Shown one piece after another: positions 38,196 to 50,600 of a stretch of 64,000 nt of DNA (position 1 is the stretch's first letter; each line of letters starts with the position of its first letter). The stretch is from the NCBI RefSeq assembly GCF_963576615.1, contig NC_088716.1:43431910-43495909 (forward strand). Direction: 5' to 3'. The DNA is from Watersipora subatra. Its lineage: Eukaryota. Under the pieces are notes generated by a model. That model searched no databases. It was not told where the DNA came from and worked only from the letters and a program-made list of their open reading frames with translations. A program made the position numbers and the translations under genes.

Positions 38196-39509
38196 AAGTT
38201 ACTAGCTTAAGTTACTAGCTTCAGTTACTAGCTTAAGTTACTCAAATTCATTGAGTGAAGAAACTTAGCCAAATGCAACTACACAACCTGCTTATACAAC
38301 TATACAAATGCTTATACAAATGCAACTACACAACCTGCCTATGTTTGTAATTTATTTCAAATCTTGAGCGAATGCGTAGCATAAGTATTAAGAAATGTTT
38401 TTCAAAAATCTGTTTTAGGCATGTCTCTAGCTTTTGAGTATTTGAATTATGCATTGGCCAGACACACACAGAAATAAACAACTGCCTTTATTTGAAAGAT
38501 AGAAATGATAAATGTTGTGTACGTTGATTAAAACTAAATTTTTTTAAATAACAAGAAAAAATCATAGTCATTGACAGGTTTACTGTTAGTAAACATTAAA
38601 AAGGTTTTTGTCGTAGCAGAAAATGCAGTTATACGAATTTTAATTTCAACACAACAACCTACAATATATAGGCCTACTTTATATATAGCATTTATGTTTC
38701 CAAGTTAGATTAGTGCAGTTCAACCATGCTGGATTCTTTTGGGCACAAACGTTCAAAACAAGCTACTTCAAATTACTTTGGAAGAAGTATATTACAAACA
38801 TGAAAGCTCTATCACAAAATCAGGCATCTGAGCAATCCCTTGAAGATGGAGTAAGTCTTGTTAACTTACTACAACCAGAGGCTGCGTGTTTTTAAGAGCC
38901 ATTGTTGCACAAGCATTGGATCGGTGATCTTGGCTTGATATGTCTGTTCTAGTGACAAGGAAACCTCGATGACTGGGGACATACTCAGTTGCAGTGAGGT
39001 TGGATTTCATTCCTGTGATCCTCAGTGGCCTTTTTTGGCGATTGAACCTCAAGCACTAGTTTTCACCAGTACATACTTACACCAAAAAACTTACACGTGC
39101 AAGTTGAATGTTAAAGGGTTTCTACTATCTCACTGAACTAAACTTGAAATTTCTAGAGAGTTTATTTTGAAAAATAGTTTTATCAGAGCGGACTGACCTA
39201 GTTATATATGTCAAGCACCAAGCGTTCAAGGGGTTTAGCTAACCAATGCTATATGGAATTATGTTTACACAAAACACTTCAAACCTAAATCTGCATTCAT
39301 CTTTTCAGTTTACCATAAGCATGAACAAACCTTACCTATAATAAGAAATCATGCCTTTACAACTAAACTGATCTAAATCTTTTCCAATCCTCTTTCTCTT
39401 CGCGTCCATAGCTAACGGCTCAATAAGGCAGCTAGAGGATACACAAGATAAGCTCCTTAATGGCATGGAAAAGCGTCTGGCTTTTCAGTGTTCCATTAAC
39501 TGGTTCACT

Positions 39510-39592
39510 ATAAATGAGTCTGAGACTAAAAGGATAAGTCATTCAGGATTTGTACCAATTACAGAGGAGTACAGAGTATAGAAAAAAGTTTG
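39510..39592 (+). promoter_or_regulatory. putative TATA (tataaatg, 39510-39517) and non-coding first exon of lectin gene C, with donor ttg|gtaagc at 39592/39593
   Basis: Exon-2 acceptor ttttgcag at 39678; sequence differs from the A/B promoter. Confidence 0.35.
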
Positions 39593-39687
39593 GTAAGCGT
39601 ACATGTATGATGTAGAGGATGGTAGCAAAGCTTAATAGTGAAAACCTATTTCATTTGGTGGGTAACTTTGTTTTGCAGAATTGCAAG

Positions 39688-40971
39688 ATGTTGAAAGGCA
39701 GGGAAGTGAGTTTAGCAGTTATGCTGGCAATAACTGTTTTGGTGAGCTCCCAAGAAACGGACACTGACGGTCATGTCTATCAGCCACCCTCTGGAGCTGG
39801 TTTTCGATGCGTTGGTAAGTTTCAAAACCATACGCTATAGGAAAGTATATGTAGCTGGCAAAATGGCTGCGCTGATGAAAGTTATTTTTTGTAGACATAA
39901 ACGAGTGTCAGTCCCCAGATGATTACAGATGTCCAGCTAGGTCAACCTGTGTCAACACTGTAGGAGGCTACGACTGCAAGTGTATAAATGGATATACTAT
40001 GGTTGATGGCAGCTGTGTTCGTGAGTGGCTTTCAGTTTTTCAAGCTCTCAGTATTTGTAGTTTACGTTGATATTTGTTGCTGGTGTTCTAAAGTGTAGTT
40101 AAGTTAATGTAAGTATTGGTTTTATACTACTTATTACTAATTTTATTTCAAACAATTGTTTTAAAAATTATACCATACCAAGAATCCTAAAGTTTTGCAA
40201 ATTGATGTCACTGGGTAAACTTGTAGCTCGAGCTGGTAATCTTGATAATATTGGTCCATGTTGGAACAACAATGGCGGTTGTGGAAACAGGAAATGCAGA
40301 GACACAACGTATGGAGTTGACTGCTCATGCGATGGGTTCGCATCATATGGATCCACTATTGCTCGAGGTCAGAAGCTTATCTTGCTCTTTCATTAATCTC
40401 GGATGTTAAATATCAAAGTAGAACATCTAAATATTTTTTTTCTCTGCAGGTAAGCAAGTAAGAATGTCATCACAGTATCCATGCAATTCGGAGTCGTGCT
40501 ACCACAGCTGGTACGCTGTTGATGGAATCATCAGTGATGACGCCTACAGCAACCTTGCTTCTACTAGAGAAGAATACTCTCCTTATATTCAAATAGACCT
40601 GGAAGATAGCTACTGTATAAAGGGAGTGAGATACTATAATGGCCTACAGAGAGATGGTGAGTTGATAATTAATTTGATAATTAATCTGGGCTACTATTTG
40701 CCAATGATATGAAGTACCATAGGCATGCTTATAAACGCTCTTTACAGCTGTGACTAGCATGAACCTGCTAGTGAATGTTGGTGAGACGGAGTATGACGCT
40801 AGCAGCTCACCAGGTTCATCTGCTCAATGTGTCTACTACCGAGGTCCTTCCTTTGAACAGAGGGTATTGACCTGTACAAATGGAGCCTATGGTAGATATG
40901 TGAGAATCACTGATGTGGCAGCATCTAATTCTATGGCAGCCCGTGAAATAGTCGTGCTCAACTATGAGTAA
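39688..40971 (+). CDS. lectin gene C. CDS join(39688..39814,39895..40020,40227..40367,40450..40656,40748..40971)
   Basis: Frames verified against track ORFs 39619.., 40202.., 40464.., 40750..40971; exon 4 donor is the weaker gtcaga. Confidence 0.78.
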
Positions 40972-41153
40972 AGATTCTGAATGTTTTATTTACTGTATTA
41001 GTTGATTGCAATATCTTATGTGCTTTTTATGTGCTTTTTACTTTCCAGTTAGCGTTTTGTATGAATTTTAATGGTTTTTAATGCATCACAAGTGAGTTTA
41101 ATTTCTAATTAGTAATTTATATGTCTAGTAAAATTGTTCTCAATTTTTATTCA

Positions 41154-41159
41154 AATAAA
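41154..41159 (+). promoter_or_regulatory. AATAAA polyadenylation signal ~180 bp after the gene C stop
   Basis: direct reading. Confidence 0.4.
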
Positions 41160-41698
41160 TTTTAAATATCTTGAAATAACTTACTGCCTTGTGTTTCAAG
41201 AATGCTACAACAAGAATACATTTCTGTAGCCCTTTTACGGTACTTCAACGGAAGGCAAGTATTTACCCATAGCACAAGAAGTGAGTTGAGGGTATCCATG
41301 ATTAAAAATTAACTAAAAATTTTTGAAGTACATGCTGGGAGTTTATTCAAGTTGCGAATACACCTGGTGATCAACTAATTAAATATAAAGTTGTCTACTC
41401 CTTACTAAAACAAAACCAGCAGTATAAAAGCCCTTCCACTACCTTCAGACAGTTACAGTACATGTTACAGCAAGAATATTGCTGCATCTGAATCAATTTG
41501 TGTTTTTTGAGTGTATATTGTATTTTAACATCGAAGCAGTATAAAATTAACATGCAATAATAACATGTAGCTAAAAATTTCAGCCCACACTGTTTATATT
41601 AGCTTGCAGCTTCTTCCTCAGCATTATCTCCATCGATAGTTCAATTTATGTAGCTGATGTGGAAGGTTAGCAAGTAGCCTCGCCGTCTTGTTAAAATG

Positions 41699-44600
41699 TC
41701 ACTGGTTGATGAGTCTGCGTATTTCTCCTAAAAATGTTCAATTAAACTGATGTTGATATTTAAATATTCTAACTGTTTAGAAGCTAAGTCCAATAATAGG
41801 AATTAGGAAGTATTCAAATGTATATTACTCACTTTGAGACTTGAATTGATAGAACAAAAATAGTAGTCATATGTACAAAATGTATTTCAGTTTTTTACAA
41901 AGCATTGTCATCATTGTTCAGTGTCTGCCTAGCTATAATAGTGATTAATATGTAACAATGAAAAAATCCGTATTGCAGAAGATTTGATCCTGCAACTTTC
42001 ATTCACAAAGCAACAAGCTAACCCATCGAGCTACATGGGTTGCAATAAATTTGTTGACCGATATGAAACATTGTTTGGGTTAAAATGCGCATAGCGACTC
42101 TGCGTTACGCGCAATGTCAATAAAGCTTGCTCTCACGCCTCTTCTTAGTAAGCTTAGCAATACGGATACTAACTTACTCAAATTATCCAAGGGCAACTAC
42201 ATAACCTGCCGCTGTTTATAAGCTATTTATAACACCCATGCAACGCCGAGCATTAGGCTAGTATTAGAATAGAATACAGTTGCAGTTAATGGCCAACATA
42301 AAATAAATCAATAAGAAATTTAAAGTGTGTTTGCGGTTACTAACCATTTGCATAACATTTGTGTTTAAAGTTTTCAAAAATTTTTGTAATCATAAAAAAG
42401 AATGAGCCAAACATACATGTAAGGAAGATGAAAATATTAATATATGATTAATTAATACTAATCTAATACTAACTAATAACCTAATATAACTAAATATTAG
42501 ATATATAATAATGAGCCATTACGAGGGGAAGCTTTGATATCAATGGAGGCGTTTTGAAACAGCTTGTATCAATAGGAAGACCATGTCATACATGAGTATG
42601 TCAACAGTATTAAGTAATTAAGTGAAAGTGAATATCGATATTGCAAGCCTAGAAAAAGAATGCTTTGAAGTTACATACCAGCCAAGTCGTTTAGCCTGTA
42701 ATACTTCACTGCTCGGACTAGTTGTTGGGGTGAAGCATTGGCTCCCTGATTTTGCTTCCAAATCTCTAGTGCTTCAAGACATCGCTCTCTTCCTGATGAG
42801 AACTCATCTTCAATATTGCTCAGTTCTGCGAAAGAACACATACAAGTATAGCTAAAGCACAGAGCTCAATCAGTAGAGCTTAGCAGGATGTCAAAGGAAT
42901 GAGGTCAAGGTTCCTACCTTATTCCTAATAAGGTTTATATGACTAGGTTCAAGGTTGAGACACTTTTATTTGCATAGAAAGTTTTATCTACTTAGCTTGA
43001 TAAACTAAACTACATCTTGGCAAACCAAGAGAATATCAAGGTTACTTCTAAAAACTTAATAACCCTTAAGGAAGGTTTGCTTGTAGTTTGGAGGGTTAAA
43101 TTGCTTTTTGCTGCTTATTTTCCTTGTACATGTATATAACAGCACAATGCCTGTGTACTTGTTGTACAGTTGATTATTATTACTATTATTATTGTTGTTT
43201 TTGTTTGTACACTTTATTCATAGAGAATTTTATAATAGATCTCAGTCAACATCTATGACAGAATACATTGTTGACTTGCTTATCAACAAGTACCCATAAA
43301 GCGATAGTGTAGCAAAACCCAAGTGTGCCAGTACCGAAGCACTATCAAGGGCTGACAAGTAGATCATATTTCCATAGAGCGCTTATAGTAGAGTGATGGT
43401 CGTGCGATGTCTAATTTCAAGGCATATGTCTGCATATAAAGCAACAGGAAAGAAGGACCTATTGGCATGCACAAGTGTGACCCGGTTGGTCGCTAAGACC
43501 CTTTTCATGGCACAAAGATGGTGCATCGCACGGGTGTTTCACTCTCAAACAGCAACACTGAATCACTAAAAAATTCCAGTGACAAGCTGTTTCCGTGGTG
43601 TCATAGCAACGCCATATGGGGTGTCTCGCTACCCTATGGCATTTCTAACTGTATGGCATTTCATATCTTCACATGTCATACAATAGTACGAGTCTCAGTA
43701 ACACGTATTTTTATGTATGCGATTATTTCCCGAAAGGTAATTCAGGTCTGCCATATGTAGGCTTGAATTAATGAATGCTATTGGCAGCTGTTTAAAAGCA
43801 GCAGCAAAGGTTTAGTAGCTCTACATTAGTACACAGGCATGACTAGTACACAGGCATAACAACACTTGCAGTTGACATACCCTGGTCTGTGACACGCAGA
43901 TGTTGAGCTATATCTTTCCACCTGGCTAGTCCTGAATGATGTTGTGCTATTTTCACAAAGATCTGCCGCAGCAGGTTTTCTGTAACAGTAAAAGAATTCA
44001 ATAATTAGTATAAAAGATTTGAAAATTTTATAGTGAATTAATTATAATATTTTTCTCAAGCTTGAAAAATATTTTTTGAATTGTAGATAGAAGCAACTCA
44101 GAGTATATTACAAATAACAATTTCATGAAAACTTTTAGAATTGGTTTATGACGCTCAAATACATTAATTTGTTCAAACCATAGTATTCTATTGCTTTTGT
44201 AAGCAAATGGTTTCTAAAAATCCAAAAAGATTCCATTACTGCCCACTCATAGTTTTTTTCTGAAGGTCTGCTTCAGTTCACAAAAGAACCTGCATGTTAC
44301 TAACAACTACAATCAAACACTTCCAGATAATGTAAGCAAAAAACTACATAATTACAGGTATTGTTTAGACAAAATAATTGTTATATATATTTAGCTAAAC
44401 CGATCAATAATTGTAAAAAATTGAATCTTTACAAAGGCATCAAGCAAACTGCAGCGCTCACCTTTATATAGTTCTGCTCGAAGCTCGTTAAAGTCATATT
44501 CTTTGTCTCTCACATCTTCAACTAAATCAAGTCGGCCAACAGCTCGCAGCGCATCACAAAGAACCTTGACCTTATCCATGCTTCTTGGAATCCTCTTTAT

Positions 44601-47600
44601 CCAGGTCAGCAGCATTTCCTGTATTGGCTATAACGAAGAAAAAATTTGTTATCACTGGCTAAATTTCTGATTTTTGATTTATATACTATAAGCGGAATGC
44701 CCGACATTGTACGGGTATTAAAAATCAGCTTATAAACAGTGATAGTAATGCCGCACTTATAAACTCAGCTTATAAACAATGCCACTTGCCATTAGCCTGA
44801 CACACTGCCAATGGCTAATTTATGTAAGCTAGTTATCTACTGCTCCCACTAATACCTAGAATGACGTTGTACCGTAATGGAGAGTAGTAGCGTGTTTTCA
44901 CTCAGGTAGCAACATATATCACCCAAAGAATCCATCAATCTCGCGTAGCTAAAATGGTAAGGCATTTGCCTAGCAAATCGGAGGTTCTGAGATCAAATAT
45001 TTTGCGACAAAGATTCTTCATCCAAACGTTTAATATCTATAGCTGGACATATTGAACTACAGACAGATATATGCTTAAACTTTTAGATTTACATATATAC
45101 ATGTAGATGTAGACTAGTGCTGGGCACGGGTAGAAATATTCGTTGAACTCGCGGGTTTATCTTCTCTCGAGTATCGGGTAATAGAGATTTCGGGTATTCC
45201 GGTCCTTCGGGTTCGGGTTTTGACTTTCGAGTTCGGGTTTTGGTACATGGATCCGTCGGGTAGTGTGAACAAAAACGCGGTCTATTGCACCTTGAGCTCT
45301 TAGTCTGAGGCCACAGGGCATTTCTGTGTCATTTTTGCTAAGGAGGCACGACAATGGGGTATAACGAGTCTTTAAATTAATAGATAGAATAAAGCATCTC
45401 ATACCTTATTTACCATACCTACCAGAGACATTGTAGTCAAACAGTGATTACTTGTCATTAAAAGGTGAGTAGAAAATTTAATACTTAAATCAAATTTTAT
45501 TTGCGCAGTTAGCCAAATCGGCTTCGTAAACAGATCTATGCCTTTTTTAATACGGCGCGTGTTTGCTTTCACCGATAACACATAGGTCCTTAGTCTGTTT
45601 CCGCTATCGCCTTGTAGCCTATCTACATTGTAGACTAGATGAATTCCTAGCATTGCCCTGGTAATAAAAAAGTTTGAAGGACAGAAAATTTATTTTTATT
45701 TTACATATACGACATTTATCATTCTAACTGTTAAACTTCATATCATGGGAAAAGTGTTTATGTGCAGTTTAAATTAATTAAGAGAAAAGAGAAAACAACT
45801 CTAAAGGTTTTCAAACTTTTTCAAGCAGCTATAGTTTTTAAATTCTAAAACATAAAATAAGTCTTTTGTTGAAATAAATTAGGTAAAAAAATAAAAATTT
45901 AGAGGTGTTTAAATGTAAAATCATTAGCAAGTAATGGCTGAATATAGTTTCAGTTCGTTTCAGTGTTGGCATCATAAGGCAAAAATATTGTATAGAGTGG
46001 TATAAAAACCCATAGTAATTATCTAATGCAGTCACTAACTGATAATAATCATCGAAATCACCATCATTAAAAAATAGTAACAAAACAATATGTTAACCTT
46101 AGTAACAATACTTACCAACAATAACTTTAGTGTATTTTGTGGTTATGATATGCAAGAAAATGTAATATTACAGTGTACTACGTGAGGAGCTCTTACCTTC
46201 TAGACAAGCGTGTAACATAAACGCTGAATACAACTTATATGAATGTAGCTTACTAAAAACATACTTGAAGGAGTTTTACTAGCCATTTTAGTAAATTTTT
46301 AACCAGAATTTTATTACTTCTCTGTTTGCAAACTCATTTTTATCATAACGAATGACACTGAACTGAGATATACTCGTAATCAACAAATTTTAGCTTCGAT
46401 GAAGCTTATTGTTGATATTGTTTTGCAGAAAACAAATTAGCCCTAGTACAGCAAGTACAAAAAATTATATATATAGATTAGTGTAAGCATTAGACATTAT
46501 GAAACATTATAAATTTACAGATGAACTTATACAAGATTTTAGTAGAATTTATAAGAAAGTATCAAGATTCTTTTATCATCTACGATTGCTTTTGATTTTT
46601 GAGGTGATCTGACTGCCAAGATTTTTCAAAATTAAAAATGACAAATTTTTATCGAGATTGAAACGCCCAGAATAAAATTACGCTCTAAGTTGATGTCACT
46701 AGTTCCTCAGCTGCTTGTCTCTTTTGTTATTGTTATCAGCGTTACCTAACTCTTGTCTATCGGTTTCTTTGACCGACAGATTAGAGGCGGGTAAGCGAAA
46801 GTTTGATTATTACTTTAGATGTCATATTCACACTAGAGGGTATGAGATTATGCATTTTCATTTAAATCTGAGCTCTTTAACTGCAACCAAGTTTTGTCAA
46901 TTTTAACCTTGAGACATCTATTAAAGTAAAACTGCAAAACTTAATATAATATTTTTGTAGGTATGTTTCCGCTAATATCAGTCACATAAAAGTATAATAT
47001 ACAATATATCAGAAGATTTAATGTTCAGAATTACAAAACCTTGTTTAGCCGGCCTCAGGTGTTAATATTGTTTTATGAGAAATATTTTATTTTTTTCAAT
47101 AGCAGGAAATTGAGCAGATGAAAAAAAAGTCATTTATTTTTTTAACATTAGAAAAATACAAGATTTTGAAAAAATTGACAATTGTGGAAGCTTAAAATGT
47201 TGTTGTATTTTCATTGTTTGTTTGTTAGCTTTCTGCAAATATTTTGATTTACATACATAAGTTGGAGAATGCCCGGTGTTGCACAGGTAATAAAAAAGTT
47301 TTTTGAGCAGAAAATAAACTTTTATTTACTGTGTAACTTTTAAATGAAGGTGTTTGGTTATTTTTGTGTGTGCTATAAATTTAATTAAGTTTAGGTTATA
47401 TATATATCCTAAACTTAATTAAATTTATATCACACACAAAAATAAACAAACAGATATAAATAAATATAAACATATATATATACTTATATATATATTTATT
47501 TATATATAACGCATACATTTGAATCATACGACGAATATTTTTCCAGCTAGGCAAAACCTGCAAAAAAGTGCTACGAAAAACAATCAGCAATTTCAATTAT

Positions 47601-50600
47601 AGCTCTATGCTTCAAGAGATAACAAGTTGGTAAAAAAGAGGCGCTTTAATCCACCTATAGGTAAGAATTCACAAGTTATAGCCAGCTTTTTTTTAATCTG
47701 TGTATTTTTATGGCACTGAACTCGATCTAAGCTAACGTGTTTTCAATGGGTTTATTAATGTGTCTATGGATATGTCTATGAATGAAATAAAATAAAGTTA
47801 GGTTTCAATTTTTTATCTTAGCTGATGTGTAGCTGATGCGTAGCTGATGAATAGTCTAATATAAAACACAGACAATCTTCACACAACTTGGCCCAAAATA
47901 GAATATGATGCTCTGTGTTATGGTTCTCAATTCTCATAACCAAATATTAATTTATCTTAAAATTATCATTAAATATACATGCTACTATATGTGCTTGATT
48001 AAAATCCTAGCAAATCTATAACTCCATTTTTACTTTTACTGGTCTATTTAATTCGTAATTCAAGTATTAAATAAATAGTGATGCAAAATTCCATTTTAAG
48101 AATTAGAATCAATGTTATTACGATATGAAGTACAGATGTTTTTAGTAGAAGTTAAAAGGTCAACTATTTAAGTTATTAGGGTCTTTCAAAGGTAAACATA
48201 GCTTCCTTGTTTCATAGACAATAAAAGTTACAAAAAGGATGCCGGTATTTGCAATTATTATATTACTATTTTATAACAATCACGAAACATTTTACCATGC
48301 AACAATTCAAGGTAATGCATACAGGTCAGAAAGCAGAGAACATACCCCGTCACTCTCACTGTTCACGTGGTTCCTCATGATAGACTGAATGCGTGTTTTT
48401 TTCACATTGAGGTGGCTGGCAAGCATTTTCCATTCATCTCCCAAGTCTGAAGACAACTGCTTGAGAAGGGCTTCATCTATTGGTCCTGCATTTAGAGAAA
48501 AACGTTTTTGTCAGAAGTAAGTTCCCAAATAAATTTTCATCATGTACAACTTCAAAAGTGCTGCATATTTCAATAGTTTAAAAGTTTTCCTGCTGCAGAT
48601 AGTTGAAGTCCTGGTTGTTGTCAGACTATTATACCAAAAGTTACAGAAAAAGTAAAGCAATTGCTAAAGTTATAGAAGAAGTAAAACAATTGCTAAGGTT
48701 ACAGAAGAGATAAAACACTTGCAAAGGCTACAGAATAAGTGAAATAATTGCTAAGGTTACAGAAGAAGTAAAACAATTGCTATGGTTACAGAAGAAGTAA
48801 AACAATTGCTAAGGTTACAGAAGAGGTATAACAATTTCTGAAGTTCAAAAGAGGTAAGACGATTGCTGCCATTCAAAAGAGGTAAGACAATTGCCAAAGT
48901 TACAGAAGAGGTAAGACAACTGCTAAATCTTGTACGGTCTTGTACTCTAGTAAAGGGTTTAACCTTCTATTTCAAAATAAATATCTGCAGTTAGAGCATT
49001 GCTGCTGACAAACCTTCTGGAATGAGATTAAGTTTTGCTTTTTTCAAAGGTTTGGGAGCTTCTTGCTCTGGCTTGGGAAGACTAATAAGTAGCTCTGCTA
49101 ACTTGATGCTATCCCAAACTTCTTCTGAGCCTATCGGCTTTTTCTCTTTTTTCTTATCTGACTCATCATAAATATCTTTTGTAACCATCCCTGCAAAAAT
49201 TCAATTAACTGTTGTTAGGATCACAGATAATAGCGAAGATCTTATATACAATAGCATAAAAGTACTTTACCATTGTTTTGAGAATCTTCAGCAATTCAAC
49301 ATAAAAAAAAGATAAGGTATTTAATTTGAGCAGAACACTCCAAGGTAAGCACATTAATATATTTCATATACACACTTGCATCAATATCATTTCATATACA
49401 CACTTGCGTCAATATTGTTTCATACACACACTTGCATCAATATCATTTAATATACACACTTGCATCAATATCATTTAATATACACACTTGCATCAGTGCC
49501 ATCTCTAATACACACGGGTGTCAGTATTATCTCATATACACACTGGTATCACTATCCTTTCATATGCACACTTGCATCAATATCATTTCATATACACACT
49601 TGCGTCAATATCATTTCATACACACACTTGCATCAATATCATTTCATATACACACTTGCATCAGTGCCATCTCTAATACACACGGGTGTCAGTATTATCT
49701 CATATACACACTGGTATCACTATCCTTTCATATGCACACTTGCATCAATATCATTTCATATACACACTTGCGTCAATATCATTTCATACACACACTTGCA
49801 TCAATATCATTTTATATACACACTTGCATCAATATCATTTCATATACACACTTGCATCAGTGCCATCTCTAATACACACGGATGTCAGTATTATCTCATA
49901 TACACACTGGCATCATTATCCTTTTATATGCACATTTGCATCAATATCATTTCATATACACACTTGCATCAGTGTCATCTCTGATACACACGGTGTCAGT
50001 ATCATCTCATGTACACATTGGTATCATTATTATCTCATATACACATTTGCATACAGATCATGACCTATAAAAGTTTGCATCGATTTTCCTCTGTTTAAGA
50101 ATAGCACCAAATAAGGCTGACAATAGTATAATAAAGTATTTTTATTCAATGATTGTTCAAAGCTCAACTGCTGTTATTCTGAACACAAGGCAACACTGTT
50201 GTTTTATGGTTAAGAGTATTAAGCATTCAACACAAGCAAATCATATCCTTTAGTAAGTCACGTATTCAGGTAAGGAATGTTTCCCACTACATTCACATAA
50301 ACAAGAGAGTGAGAAGCTGCTGAAAAACCTTATTATTATTGTCTAACAAGATCATATACTGCACTCCAAACTGAAGTATTTGTTCTTTTGATCACTGCAT
50401 GCACAAAGTTTATAAAATTAATCTGATAGCGTGTAACCAGGTATGCATAATAATAAGTGTGCTGAACTATTTCGATAGACTATAAACAGAGTGTTTGAAA
50501 ATAAAAACAGCATAACTAAATGCAGTGATACTACACGCCTTAATCTAATACACATTGTAGTTACCTGTGAGTTCTGTCGTAGCCATTATGGATAACAATT

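Noticed and set aside
45157-45653. Two consecutive minus-strand ORFs of 81 and 84 aa
   Set aside because: They lie in the cgggt-repeat GC island and SINE, and have no motifs or splice context.
49432-50070. Overlapping ORFs of 125-174 aa (HTCISAISNTHGCQYYLIYTLAS...)
   Set aside because: They are translations of the 28-bp minisatellite; several frames are open only because the repeat lacks stop codons.
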